Shown: positions 50,071 to 59,940, counted from the stretch's first letter. The stretch: 64,000 nt of DNA from an uncultured Trueperaceae bacterium (GCA_963727505.1 CAVSGP010000004.1:992001-1056000), one strand, 5' to 3'. Program-made: numbers and translations. The notes: generated from the sequence alone by a model not told the origin.

Positions 50071-50649
50071 TCAACGACGACTTCTGAACTCCCCTCCTTC
50101 GGGGCCCCGGCCGCGCTCCACGAGCGCCACCAGGGCCTCGGGGTCGCGGGGCGCCAGGAGCAGGGGTGGCCCCTCGTCGAAGTGGAGGAGCACGCCGTCG
50201 CCCCGCGGAGCGGCCACGATCACGCGCGACGACCGCGGGCCGCGTAGCCGCCAGCGACCGACGTAGTAACCGGGAAGCTGGCTCTGGACGGGTCCCAGGC
50301 GCGCGCCGGGCAGGACCAGCAGGTCGTAGCGTAGGACCTCGGCGTGGCGCACGCTCTTCAGCGGGATCCTGATCCTTGCGAGCAGCGTGGTGATCTCCAG
50401 CGACCGCCCGCGAAGCCGGTAGTCGAGCCGGCGCGGTGCGCGGCTCAACGACCAGGTACCGATCCCCAACGCAATGAGTTCCACGACCGCGACGAGCGTC
50501 ACGAGTCCCGGTGCCGGTCGTTGCTGGGCCGGGACCCCCGGCTCGATCGCGACCCACAGGAGAACGACGGGAACGGCAAGTCCGACGACGAGCAGCGCCA
50601 CGACCGGCCAGCTCCGGGGGCGCTCGCGCCGGGGGGCGATCTCACGCAT
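50071..50649 (-). CDS. Two-TM protein with a bacterial PH-like domain
   Basis: Two TM helices, then Y.L....L.I, IPL..V, LPGYYVGRW and LLAPRDPEALV, the pattern of bPH_5-type proteins. Confidence 0.7.
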   Translation of the reverse strand: MREIAPRRERPRSWPVVALLVVGLAVPVVLLWVAIEPGVPAQQRPAPGLVTLVAVVELIALGIGTWSLSRAPRRLDYRLRGRSLEITTLLARIRIPLKSVRHAEVLRYDLLVLPGARLGPVQSQLPGYYVGRWRLRGPRSSRVIVAAPRGDGVLLHFDEGPPLLLAPRDPEALVALVERGRGPEGGEFRSRR

Positions 50650-50845
50650 TGCCGGACCCCTCCTCGTCCCGGGACGCTTCCGCGTCACGCGACGCCTCTC
50701 GCACCCGCCCCGCACGCGCGAGCGCTTCCTTGAGCAGGAACTCGATCTGCGCGTTCACGCTGCGCAGGTCGTCGGCCGCCCACTTCTCCAGCGCACGGTG
50801 GACGTCGGGATCGATCCTGAGGAGGAAACGCTTCTTCTCGGCCAT
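50642..50845 (-). CDS. Arc/ribbon-helix-helix DNA-binding protein
   Basis: MAEKKRFLLRIDPDVHRALEKWAADDLRSVNAQIEFLLKEAL, the small RHH protein typically encoded with SPFH genes. Confidence 0.85.
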   Translation of the reverse strand: MAEKKRFLLRIDPDVHRALEKWAADDLRSVNAQIEFLLKEALARAGRVREASRDAEASRDEEGSGNA

Positions 50846-50886
50846 GGTCTCGCGGTCCGGTCCCGGGATCTCCGCGCGCTCGCCGG

Positions 50887-52587
50887 TCAGGGCGCGGCGA
50901 GGAGGGCTCCCGCCAGGTAGGCGTGCAGGGCATCGAGGAGCGTCGTGGACAGGAGCGTCCCCGGTCCGGGCACGGCGTGATCGGCGGCGGCTCCCTCGGC
51001 TTCGTAGAGATCGTGCTCGAGATCGGGGAGCACGAGGTACGTCGCATGGGGCGCGGCGCGGTGCAGGGCGTCCCCGTTCGCAGGCAGGACCTGGATGTCC
51101 TTGCCCCCCTGGACGATGCCCATGGGCGCGCTCACCTTCGCGGCCAGCTGCGCCGGGTCGACGTCGATCTCGCTGCGCAGCAGCCCGGCGGCGTGCGCGA
51201 AGACCGCCGCGATCGGGTTGTCCGCTAGATCGCCGGTCAGCGCCAGACGCGTTCCCGTGCTGGCCCGGATGGCGTCCATCGCCTGGTTGGCCTGCGCCTG
51301 AGTGGTGGCGATCTCGGCCGCCGACGCGCCGTTGCGGCGCGCCTGGCGGACCAGTTGGTCCACGACCACCTGCCCCAGCGGCAGCCCCGGCGAGGCCAGC
51401 AGCACCACGGCGGTCGGGTCGACGTAGCCGTTGGCCGTGGAATAGAGCGCCACCAACCCGCCCTCGGAGTGCCCGATGAGCCCGACCCGGCGAGGGTCGA
51501 TGTCGGGCCGGGAGCGTAGCAGCGCCACCCAGGCCGCCGTGTTCTTCCCATACGTCGCCAGCGTCACGGCGTTCCCGTCCCCCGTGCTCGCCCCGATGCC
51601 GAGCTTGTCGATGCGCAACACGGCGTACCCTGCGCACCCCAGGTCGTACGCCAGCTGACGGTACATGCCGTTGGTGATCAGGGGGGGCGCGTTGCCGTTC
51701 CGGTCGACCGCCCCGCTCCCCGGGATGAGGAGCAACGCCGGCGCCCCGCTGTCCGGGCGTGCGCGCGGCATGGTGAGCGTGCCGGCGAGCGACGCGCCCG
51801 TGCTCTGGACCTGGACCTGCTGCTCGGTGAAGCACGAGCGCTGCGCGGAGAGGTGCTTCTCGAGGGCCGCGCGCACCGCGTCCGCTTCGGTCCGCTGCCG
51901 ATCCGCAGCCGCGCGCGAAGACGCGGTCTCCAAGGTGTAACGCAGGCCGATGACGGGTTGCGCGAACGCCACGATGGTGCCGCCGTCATCGAGCCACAGC
52001 GTCAGGCCGACCTTCTGCCCGGCCACGGCGAGGGTGGCGTCGAACCGCTCCGCCGTCACCGACGACCCGCCCACCTCGACGGTCTCCGGGCCCTTCGCCG
52101 TGAACGCTACGGTCCCGGTTTGCGCCGCCTGAGGGACGAGCACGTCGAAGCGCTGCGGTTGCGTGGCGCTCGGGTCGAGCCGGGACGCGACGAGCTGCCA
52201 GCCGTCCAGCATGCTGTTGTCGAGCACCACGACGGGCCCGGGGAGCGGCACCTGCACCGTCTGCCGGTTGCCGCCCTGTTCGATGACGAACGACGCCTGC
52301 CCGTGTTGGAAGGTGACGTCCATCGACAGCGCGGCGCCGCGCGCCGTTCCTTCCAGGTGGTAGCTCTGGGCGGCGCCGTCGGCGTTCACGACCAGGCGGT
52401 CGGTCAGATCGGCCAGCCCCGTGAGGTGGAGGCCGGAGGTGCTCACGGTGCCGGCCGCCGTGGAGGCGAGCCGCAGCTCGAAGGACCCCAGGTCGGACCC
52501 GGCCTGACGGATGGCGTAGCTCTGAGCACCCGCGCTCCCGACGCTCAGGAGAGCGACGAGCCCGAGCGAGACGAGGATCTTGCGCAC
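50887..52587 (-). CDS. Secreted alpha/beta hydrolase with an N-terminal beta-rich domain
   Basis: Signal peptide; LAGTLT.P, GSG..DRNG, R.DK.G.G.S, GHSEGG nucleophile, KDIQV and LEH. Confidence 0.85.
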   Translation of the reverse strand: MRKILVSLGLVALLSVGSAGAQSYAIRQAGSDLGSFELRLASTAAGTVSTSGLHLTGLADLTDRLVVNADGAAQSYHLEGTARGAALSMDVTFQHGQASFVIEQGGNRQTVQVPLPGPVVVLDNSMLDGWQLVASRLDPSATQPQRFDVLVPQAAQTGTVAFTAKGPETVEVGGSSVTAERFDATLAVAGQKVGLTLWLDDGGTIVAFAQPVIGLRYTLETASSRAAADRQRTEADAVRAALEKHLSAQRSCFTEQQVQVQSTGASLAGTLTMPRARPDSGAPALLLIPGSGAVDRNGNAPPLITNGMYRQLAYDLGCAGYAVLRIDKLGIGASTGDGNAVTLATYGKNTAAWVALLRSRPDIDPRRVGLIGHSEGGLVALYSTANGYVDPTAVVLLASPGLPLGQVVVDQLVRQARRNGASAAEIATTQAQANQAMDAIRASTGTRLALTGDLADNPIAAVFAHAAGLLRSEIDVDPAQLAAKVSAPMGIVQGGKDIQVLPANGDALHRAAPHATYLVLPDLEHDLYEAEGAAADHAVPGPGTLLSTTLLDALHAYLAGALLAAP

Positions 52588-52606
52588 GAGGAACGTCCTT
52601 CCGGGA

Positions 52607-53473
52607 TCAGCCGGCGTAGAGCGTGCCGGTGTTGACGACGGGCGTACTGGCCTGTTCGCTGGTCAGCGCCACCATGAGGTTGTTCGCCATGGCGGCGCGC
52701 TTGTCCTGATCGAGCTCGACCACGCCACGCGAGGCCAGGCCGTCCAGCGCGTCCTCCACCATGCCGACAGCTGCTTCCACGATGAGTCGGCGCGCGGCCA
52801 CCACGGCCTGGGCCTGCTGGCGGCGCAGCATCGCCTGGGCGATCTCAGGGGCGTAGGCGAGGTGCGTCAGACGGGCCTCGATGACGTCCACGCCGGCCAC
52901 CTCGAGCCGGGCGTCGAGTTCCTCCTTCAGGGCGTGCGCCAGCTCCTCGGGGTTCTCCCGAAGGCTCTGCCGGTCCTGGCCGCTCGCATCGTACGGGTAG
53001 CGGGTGGCGAGGCTGCGAATGGCCGTCTCCGCCTGGATGTCGACGAACTCCTCGTAGTCGTCGACGTCGAATACGGCCTTGGCCGATTCCACCACGCGCC
53101 ACACCACGACCGCCGCGATCTCGACCGGGCTCCCGTCGGCATCGTTCACCTTGAGTTTGTCGCTGTTGAAGTTCCGCACCCGAAGGCTCACCCTGCGCTT
53201 GCTGGTGAGCGGGTTGGTCCACCAGAACCCCGGCAGGCGCACGCTACCGACGTAGCTACCGAAGAACACCAAGACCCGGGCCTCGTTGGGCTGCACGGTG
53301 AAGAAACCCGGGGCGAGCACGACCACCCCGACGATCATGACGATCCGCAGCAGGAGCCCCGGCAGATGACCGTACGCCGCGCCGACCACCAGGTAGCCGA
53401 CCAGGGCGAGCTCGATCGCGAGCACGGGGAAGCCGTTGATGCCGAACGCGCGCTTCTCTTGGACGCGAATCAT
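52607..53473 (-). CDS. SPFH (band 7) domain protein
   Basis: [30 protein letters not shown] and [32 protein letters not shown]. Confidence 0.93.
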   Translation of the reverse strand: MIRVQEKRAFGINGFPVLAIELALVGYLVVGAAYGHLPGLLLRIVMIVGVVVLAPGFFTVQPNEARVLVFFGSYVGSVRLPGFWWTNPLTSKRRVSLRVRNFNSDKLKVNDADGSPVEIAAVVVWRVVESAKAVFDVDDYEEFVDIQAETAIRSLATRYPYDASGQDRQSLRENPEELAHALKEELDARLEVAGVDVIEARLTHLAYAPEIAQAMLRRQQAQAVVAARRLIVEAAVGMVEDALDGLASRGVVELDQDKRAAMANNLMVALTSEQASTPVVNTGTLYAG

Positions 53474-53495
53474 GGCGCCTCCTTTGGCGTCAATA

Positions 53496-53521
53496 TGATA
53501 TCACGTCGATACCAGATACCA
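53496..53521 (-). promoter_or_regulatory. Candidate RHH operator upstream of the SPFH operon
   Basis: Palindrome TGATATCA at 53496-53503, plus GATACCA twice (53508-53514, 53515-53521). AT-rich within a very GC-rich background. Confidence 0.55.
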
Positions 53522-53547
53522 GGGACGTCCGTCCCGCCCTCGCGTGC

Positions 53548-54315
53548 TCAGGTGCGCTCGGCCAGCAGCCGCAACCCCCGCAGGGTCAGCAGCGGATCGG
53601 TGACGTCGATCCTCCTGGCATGCGGCTTCACCACGTCCGCGAAACCCCCGGTCGCGATGACGAAGGGAGGGCCGTGCTCGTCTACGATCTCGGCGGCGAG
53701 CCGCTCCACCATGCCGTCCACCATGGCGGCGTACCCGAACACCAGCCCCGACTGCAGCGCGCTCACCGTGTTGCGGCCGATGGCGTGCTCGGGCGCCACC
53801 AGATCCACCCGGGGGAGCATGGCCGCGCGGGCGAAGAGCGCCTCCGCCGCGACCCCGGGGCCCGGCGCCAGGGCGACCCCCAACAGCCGGTTGGGCCGCA
53901 CGACCACGTCGAAGTTGGTCGCGGTCCCGAAGTCGACCACGATGAAGGCGTCGGCCTCGTACTGCAGCGCCGCCACGGCGTTGACCATGCGGTCGGCGCC
54001 GACCTCGCGCGGATTGTCGGTGGCGACATCGAGAAGGGGGGCCACCAGCTCCGGGGTGACGCGCCGGACCGACACCCCCCAGTAGCGCTTGAGCGCGTCC
54101 GACAGCTCGGGCGCCACAGGCGGCACCACCGACGACACGATGGCCCGGTCGGGAGGCTCGAGCCCCTCGAGCTCGAACAACCGGCTCAGCAGCACCGCGT
54201 ACTCGTCCGCCATGCGCATGCGGTCGGTCGCAACGCGCCAGGAGGCGACCAGGTCCTCATCGCGGTACAGGCCCAGAACGGTAGTGGTGTTGCCGACATC
54301 GACAGCCAGAAGCAC
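53548..54315 (-). CDS. coaX: Type III pantothenate kinase
   Basis: [46 protein letters not shown] and LTLRGL. Confidence 0.95.
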   Translation of the reverse strand: MLLAVDVGNTTTVLGLYRDEDLVASWRVATDRMRMADEYAVLLSRLFELEGLEPPDRAIVSSVVPPVAPELSDALKRYWGVSVRRVTPELVAPLLDVATDNPREVGADRMVNAVAALQYEADAFIVVDFGTATNFDVVVRPNRLLGVALAPGPGVAAEALFARAAMLPRVDLVAPEHAIGRNTVSALQSGLVFGYAAMVDGMVERLAAEIVDEHGPPFVIATGGFADVVKPHARRIDVTDPLLTLRGLRLLAERT

Positions 54316-54320
54316 GGCGT

Positions 54321-54372
54321 GAGTCTACCACCGCGCCCCTTCGCGCCCCGAGGCCGGGGCGCTGGTAGACTC
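54321..54372. promoter_or_regulatory. Back-to-back leaderless -10 elements for coaX and dcd, forming an inverted repeat
   Basis: GAGTCTACCA (54321-54330) and TGGTAGACTC (54363-54372). TAGACT lies 6 nt before the coaX GTG and 7 nt before the dcd ATG. Confidence 0.7.
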
Positions 54373-54378
54373 TCCCCC

Positions 54379-54927
54379 ATGAGCGTCAAACCGGATTGGT
54401 GGATCCGCGAGCGTGCCGCTGCCGGCATGATCGAACCCTTCGAGGACGGGCTGGTGCGCGAGGGCGTCATCAGCTACGGCCTCAGCAGCTTCGGCTACGA
54501 CCTGCGCGCGGCACCGGAGTGGCGCATCTTCGTCAACGCCTTCAACTCGGTCGTGGACCCCAAGCACTTCGACACCCGCAGCCTGGTGGAGTTCGAGGGG
54601 GACGAGTGCATCATCCCGCCGAACAGCTTCGTGCTCACGCGCTCGGTGGAATACCTGCGCGTCCCCGAGGACGTGATGGTGCTGGCGCTCGGGAAATCGA
54701 GCTACGCCCGCTGCGGCATCGTCGCCAACGTCACGCCGCTCGAGCCGGGCTGGGAGGGGCACGTGACCCTGGAGTTGTCCAACACCACCCCTCTCCCCGC
54801 CAAGGTGTACGCCAACGAGGGGATCGTGCAGCTCGTCTTCTTCCAGGGCGACCGGCCCAAGCAGACCTACGCGGAACGCAAGGGCAAGTACCAGGGGCAA
54901 CGCGGCGTCACCCTTCCGCGTCTGTAG
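54379..54927 (+). CDS. dcd: dCTP deaminase
   Basis: [41 protein letters not shown] and [12 protein letters not shown]. Confidence 0.96.
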   Translation: MSVKPDWWIRERAAAGMIEPFEDGLVREGVISYGLSSFGYDLRAAPEWRIFVNAFNSVVDPKHFDTRSLVEFEGDECIIPPNSFVLTRSVEYLRVPEDVMVLALGKSSYARCGIVANVTPLEPGWEGHVTLELSNTTPLPAKVYANEGIVQLVFFQGDRPKQTYAERKGKYQGQRGVTLPRL

Positions 54928-54960
54928 GCACCGAAGCGTCGGCGCCCGCCCCGCCCGGCG

Positions 54961-56316
54961 TCAGGCTTCGCTCTCGTCGCCCAGCTCGACGCCGGGCAGC
55001 CGGATGGTGAAGCGGGTGCGGCCCGGCTCGCTCTCGACGTCGATCGAGCCGCCGTGGTGCCGCGCGATCTGCTCGGCGATGGCGAGACCGAGGCCCGCAC
55101 CCCCGCCCGCCCCCTTGTAGAACTTCTCGAAGATGTGCGGTAGCACCTCCTGCGCGATCCCCGGCCCGTCGTCGGTCACGCCCAGCACGACGTTGCCGTC
55201 GTTCAGGCGCAACGACACCTCCACGCCCTCGCCACCGCCGCTGGCGCGCACCGCGTTGGCCACGAGGTTGCGCACGAGCTGCCGCAGTCGCTCCGGATCG
55301 CCCAGCACCAGCCCTCCCGAGGCGCACCGCAGGCGCACCCCGGGGAACTCCTCGGCGACCGGTTGGAGAACGTCCTCGGCGGGATCCACCAGGTGGGTGG
55401 AGACGTCCTCGGGCACCAACTCGCCGCGCGAGAGCTGCAACAGGTCCTCGACCAGCCTGTTCATGGTGCCGCTGACGCGCAGCGCATCCTCCAGATCGCG
55501 GCGGGCGCGCTCGTCGCTGTGGCGCTTGGCGCGTTCCAGGAAACCCTGCAGGCTGGTGAGCGGAGTCCGGAGCTCGTGGCTGGTCTCGGCCAGGAAGGCT
55601 CGTTGCGCGTCCATGGCTTCCTGAAGCCGGTGCAGCAGCCCGTTGAGACTGAACGTAAGCCTCCCCACCTCGTCGCCCGGGCCCTCGTAGGGGATGGGCT
55701 CCAGCCGCTCCGGCCCCAGCGCCGCGGCCAACCGCGCCAGGCGCGCGATCGGCTGGATCGCCGCCGCCGCCACGAGGTAGCCCACCACGGCGCTCAGCAG
55801 CACCAGTGCCAGCCCCGTGAACAGGAGCGCTCGCGACAGCCCGGCGAGCGCCAGGCCGATGTAGTTCGGGTCTGCCAGTACCGCCACCTCACCTACGTCG
55901 AAGGGGGCCAGCGCCGCCTCCATGCGCTTGCCGGCCAGGCGCCCGCTCCACAGCAGGCTGCCGGAGCGCGCCGAGGCCACGTCGGACGGCGGGATCGCAG
56001 CCTGCGCCTGCTCGAACTCCGGCTTCGAGGCCACCAGCAGCATGCCTTTGGGGTCGTACACCTGCACGACCACGCCGCCGGTGGGGCCGGTGACGCGCGT
56101 GCGCGCGCTGCCCTGACCGCCTTCACGGTAGAGCGTGGCCACCGCGGCGGCGTCCTGCCGCAGAGCGTGGCGCAGGTCGGCGTAGAGGCTGGAGCGCACC
56201 ACGAAGTAGGCGGCCACGATCCCCACCACCGTCAGCACGGCGATGGCGAGTCCGGCCAGCACGGCCACGCGCCAGGTCAGCGGCAACCCGCCCGTGCGCA
56301 GGGGCCGGGGCCTCAT
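54961..56316 (-). CDS. HAMP-domain sensor histidine kinase
   Basis: Two TM helices; DEVGRL, SHELRTPLT, LRQLVRNLVANA, DDGPGI, IFEKF and GLGLAI. Confidence 0.92.
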   Translation of the reverse strand: MRPRPLRTGGLPLTWRVAVLAGLAIAVLTVVGIVAAYFVVRSSLYADLRHALRQDAAAVATLYREGGQGSARTRVTGPTGGVVVQVYDPKGMLLVASKPEFEQAQAAIPPSDVASARSGSLLWSGRLAGKRMEAALAPFDVGEVAVLADPNYIGLALAGLSRALLFTGLALVLLSAVVGYLVAAAAIQPIARLARLAAALGPERLEPIPYEGPGDEVGRLTFSLNGLLHRLQEAMDAQRAFLAETSHELRTPLTSLQGFLERAKRHSDERARRDLEDALRVSGTMNRLVEDLLQLSRGELVPEDVSTHLVDPAEDVLQPVAEEFPGVRLRCASGGLVLGDPERLRQLVRNLVANAVRASGGGEGVEVSLRLNDGNVVLGVTDDGPGIAQEVLPHIFEKFYKGAGGGAGLGLAIAEQIARHHGGSIDVESEPGRTRFTIRLPGVELGDESEA

Positions 56317-56422
56317 CGGGCCGGTATCCCGGGCCTCCGCGGGCCCCGATGGCCCGCTTGCGTCCCCAAGCGTGCGCGCCGGGTCGGCGTCGCGACGGCA
56401 TCCCGGCCGCGTCCGGCCACCG

Positions 56423-57091
56423 TCAGGACTTCAGCGCGTAGCCGATGCCCCGCACCGTCCGGATCACCCCGTAGCCGCCGGCGTCGCGCAACTTCCCGCG
56501 GATGTTGGCGATGTGCACGTCCACGACGTTGCTGGAGGGCGGAAGGTTCTCGCCCCACACGTTGGTCTCGATCTCCTTGCGACTGTACACGCGTCCCGGC
56601 TGACTGGCGAGGTAGGCCAGCAGGTCGTACTCGCGCGGGCTGAGGCGCACCTCGTCGTCCCCCCAGAAGACCTGCCTCCGGACAGGATCGATGGTCATGT
56701 CACCGACCTTGCGCGTGGACCCCAGGCTGCGCTTCCGGAGCTGCACGTTGATGCGGGCGACCAGCTCCTCGACGTGGAACGGCTTGGCCAGGTAGTCGTC
56801 GGCGCCGGCATTGAGCATGTCGACCTTGGTGTTCAGTTCGTCGGCGGCGGTCAGGATGACGATCGGCGTGTCACCGGTACGGCGCACCCGCCGCGCGATC
56901 TCCTGGCCGCTCAGGTCCGGCAGGCCCAGGTCGAGGACCACCAGGTCCGGCTCCACCTCGCGGATGGCCGAGAGTCCGCGGATGCCGCTCTCGAAGGCCA
57001 GGACCTCATAGCCCGCATCCTGCAGCTCCAAGGTGAGCAGCCGCAGGATGTCGACGTCGTCTTCTACGATGAGGATGCGCTTCTTCGACAC
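56423..57091 (-). CDS. OmpR-family response regulator (DrRRA/DrtR-like)
   Basis: ILIVEDD, LDLGLP, GADDY.AKPF, LSPREYDLL, QPGRVYSR, SNVVDVH and IRTVRGIGY. Confidence 0.94.
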   Translation of the reverse strand: MSKKRILIVEDDVDILRLLTLELQDAGYEVLAFESGIRGLSAIREVEPDLVVLDLGLPDLSGQEIARRVRRTGDTPIVILTAADELNTKVDMLNAGADDYLAKPFHVEELVARINVQLRKRSLGSTRKVGDMTIDPVRRQVFWGDDEVRLSPREYDLLAYLASQPGRVYSRKEIETNVWGENLPPSSNVVDVHIANIRGKLRDAGGYGVIRTVRGIGYALKS

Positions 57092-57469
57092 CTAGTCCCC
57101 CTTCCCAGGAGCGATGGCAAGGGTGATGTCGCGCTGCTCGAGCACCGCCCGAAGCGACACCGGCTGGTCGCTCTCGGGGAACTGCAGCAAGATGTCCTTC
57201 CCGTCCACGCTGATCCTGCCGCTGATGGCGCGGGCGCCGCTCAACGCCGCCGCGCGCTCGGCCTGGGTAGCGTCGGGGGGGAAGAACAGCAGGCGCAACT
57301 CGGTTCCGGGCGCGGGCGCGGTAGGGAAGGTGAGCCGCGCATCCTGGATCCGAGCGCTGGCATAGACCGTCAGCAGGTCCGGAGACACCAGGCGCACCTC
57401 GGTGCCCGCCGGCAGGGCAGGAAGAACGAGCACGCTCTGCGCCACGAGCATGATGATGCCCGCGTTCAC
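57092..57469 (-). CDS. Hypothetical protein, first gene of the two-component operon (start uncertain)
   Basis: Its TAG abuts the regulator start. The globular-looking sequence VNAGIIMLVAQSVLVLPALP...RDITL has no family I recognise. Confidence 0.6.
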   Translation of the reverse strand: MNAGIIMLVAQSVLVLPALPAGTEVRLVSPDLLTVYASARIQDARLTFPTAPAPGTELRLLFFPPDATQAERAAALSGARAISGRISVDGKDILLQFPESDQPVSLRAVLEQRDITLAIAPGKGD

Positions 57470-57831
57470 GGCCGTTGCCCCGGATTCCAACCCCGATCCA
57501 TGACCCCATGCTACCAGCGCGCCATGAATGCGCTGCTGGAGCGGCTTAAGGGAACCTTCATGGGTCCCGACCGATGCCCGGCACGCCGCACGGCTCCGCC
57601 GGGACAGGGCCGGCAGTCCAGTGCAGCCTGCGGCAGTCCGAGAAATGCGCTCGGGGAGGCACCAGAGTGAATGACCTAACCCCGCGGGCCCGCCCCGTCG
57701 GTCATCATGGACGCGGTGTGAAAGCGCGCGGGAGAGGGGCGCAGCAGACGGCCGCCGCCGCGGAGGCGGCGGGCAGGCACGTGGACGCCGAGCCGGACGC
57801 CTCCCCGACCTACCGCATGAAGGGGTCTCGC

Positions 57832-59532
57832 ATGAGCCATCCACCGGTCCCGAGCTGGGCCGCGCACGCCGTCGCCCTGTCGCCCGTCGGTCCCATCGCC
57901 GCGAAGCCGCGCCCGTCGCGGTTGCTGGGCACCGCCCTGCTGGCCGTGGCGCTGCTCCTCGGCCATGGCATCGGCCACGCGCAGAGCTTCGACGCCAACC
58001 GCTACTACCAGCAGTGCCTTCGCTTCGAGGCCGGCGGCGATCTCGAGACTGCGCGCCAGAGCTGCCTCAACGCGCTACAGATCAACCCCGGCATGGTGGA
58101 CGCGACGCTGGCGCTCGCCCGCATCGAGCTCGAGCTCGGGATGACCGGCTCGGCCGAGCAACGCCTCCTACAGATCCGCGACCAGACCTCCAGCGCCGAG
58201 CCGCTGGTGCTGCTCGCACAGGCCACCGTGCAGCTCGACCGCTACGCCGAAGCCGACGCCTTCCTGCAGGAAGCGCAGACCCGGCTCTCCAAGCAACCCA
58301 ATCGGCAACTCTCGGCCAGGGTCGCCTTCCTCCAAGGCGAGGTCGAGCAGCACGGCGGGCTCTACAACGCGGCGCTCGCCGCCTACGGCTCCGCCGTGGA
58401 GCAGGACAGCCTCAACGTCGACTACCGCCTGGCCGAGGCCCGGCTGCGCTTCGACCTCGGCGACCCGTCGAGCGCACGCGATCAGCTCGAGGCTTACATG
58501 AAGCTCTCGGGTGACACCAAGAATCCCGACGTCCACGCTCTCATCGGTACCGCGCTGTGGTCGATGGGGAACCTGACCGCCGCCGCCGGCGAGCTCGAGA
58601 CGGCGCTGGCGCTGCGGAACTCGCGCGACACCACCGCGCAGGCCGGTGACCTCCGCAAGCTCGCGCTGGTCTACTACGCCCAGGGTGAGGTGCAGTCGGG
58701 AGGCTTGGCGTTGCGCGAGGCCACCCGACGCGGGAACCTGCAGACCCTGCTCGTCAGCAACGGGCTGCTGTGGCTGCTGCTCCTGCTGTTCCTGGTGGCC
58801 GTCCACCTGATGGGTGAGAGCCGCATCGCCAACACCACCACGCTCGAGGTGGTGGAGGGTCCGCAGGAGTGGAGCGTCGGGCAGGCCTACGGCGTGCTCG
58901 TGGCGAGCCTGCTGCTGGCGGCACTGGCGGCGCTCGTCTACAGCCTGGCGGTGTACAACAACGCCCTTGCCTTCCTCACCCCACTCCAGGAGACCAACGT
59001 TCGAGCGGTGTTCCTGATCGCACTGTCGCTGCTGCTGGTCGGGCTCACCTGGCGCCGTGCCAGCATGAACGGCTGGGACCCCGTCGAGCGGCTGCTGGGC
59101 AGCGGCGAGCAGGCCATGGCCGGCATCGGGCTGGGCATCGTGCTGCTCGCCGCCGTGCTGGCGTACCTCGCCTACGTCCCACGTGGGGGGCTGCTGGGGC
59201 CCTTCTACCTGAACCTCACCCATCTGACGCCGCTGGTGATCGCGGCGCTGGTGCTGCTTCCGCTCACGGAGCTCTTCTTCCGCGGTTTTCTCATCCCGCC
59301 GTTGCGGCGGCGCTACGACGCCACCATCGCAACGATCGCGTCGGCCGCGCTCTACGGCCTGGTGCTGGTCACGCCGGTCGCCCTGCTGTTCGCGTTCGGG
59401 CTGACGCTCGCGGAAGTGTTCCGCCGCCGTTCCAACGGCATCACCCCGCTGCTGGCGCAGCTCGTGCTGAACGTGGGGTTGGTGCTGGCCGTCGTCCTGA
59501 GCCCCTGGGCACGTAGTCTGTTCCTGCCCTGA
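57832..59532 (+). CDS. TPR-repeat protein fused to a CPBP/CAAX-protease (Abi)-like membrane domain with degenerate active site
   Basis: Signal peptide; TPR-like helices (ALQINP...ALARIEL, AVEQDS); C-terminal TM bundle containing TELFFRGF. Confidence 0.8.
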   Translation: MSHPPVPSWAAHAVALSPVGPIAAKPRPSRLLGTALLAVALLLGHGIGHAQSFDANRYYQQCLRFEAGGDLETARQSCLNALQINPGMVDATLALARIELELGMTGSAEQRLLQIRDQTSSAEPLVLLAQATVQLDRYAEADAFLQEAQTRLSKQPNRQLSARVAFLQGEVEQHGGLYNAALAAYGSAVEQDSLNVDYRLAEARLRFDLGDPSSARDQLEAYMKLSGDTKNPDVHALIGTALWSMGNLTAAAGELETALALRNSRDTTAQAGDLRKLALVYYAQGEVQSGGLALREATRRGNLQTLLVSNGLLWLLLLLFLVAVHLMGESRIANTTTLEVVEGPQEWSVGQAYGVLVASLLLAALAALVYSLAVYNNALAFLTPLQETNVRAVFLIALSLLLVGLTWRRASMNGWDPVERLLGSGEQAMAGIGLGIVLLAAVLAYLAYVPRGGLLGPFYLNLTHLTPLVIAALVLLPLTELFFRGFLIPPLRRRYDATIATIASAALYGLVLVTPVALLFAFGLTLAEVFRRRSNGITPLLAQLVLNVGLVLAVVLSPWARSLFLP

Positions 59533-59564
59533 GCCCATCTCCGGCCGCGTAGGCTGGAAGCGGC

Positions 59565-59915
59565 ATGGTCGAGGATCTGTCGATCGACCTCTTCTATCTG
59601 GCGCTGGGCCCCGTCGACCGCTCCGGCGTCGTCGTGCTGGAGGGGCGTCAGGGCAGATGGCTGCCCGTCTTCTCGAGCCGGGAGGCCGCGCAGCGGCTGC
59701 GCGACCGTGCGCCGGCCGGCGTGCGCGTGGCTTCGGCGCCGGCGAACGATCCGCGCGCCCGCGAGGAGTTCCTGCTCGCCAGCCTGCAGGCCGGAGCCGA
59801 GGTGGTGGCGCTCGACCCAGACCCGGAAGACGGCGGCATCACCCACCCAACGACGTCGGTGCGCTCGGCGCTGGCCTACGTGCAGTCGTTGCGCAACGGC
59901 ACGGCCTGCCTGTGA
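59565..59915 (+). CDS. Hypothetical protein
   Basis: Compact ORF between two genes; WLPVFSSREAA (weakly SseB-like). Confidence 0.65.
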   Translation: MVEDLSIDLFYLALGPVDRSGVVVLEGRQGRWLPVFSSREAAQRLRDRAPAGVRVASAPANDPRAREEFLLASLQAGAEVVALDPDPEDGGITHPTTSVRSALAYVQSLRNGTACL

Positions 59916-59940
59916 GCGACCGGCGGCTGACGCCGCGGCG

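Noticed and set aside
50642..50845. RHH protein as a toxin-antitoxin (HicB-like) antitoxin
   Set aside because: No adjacent toxin gene; the SPFH-operon regulator context explains it better.
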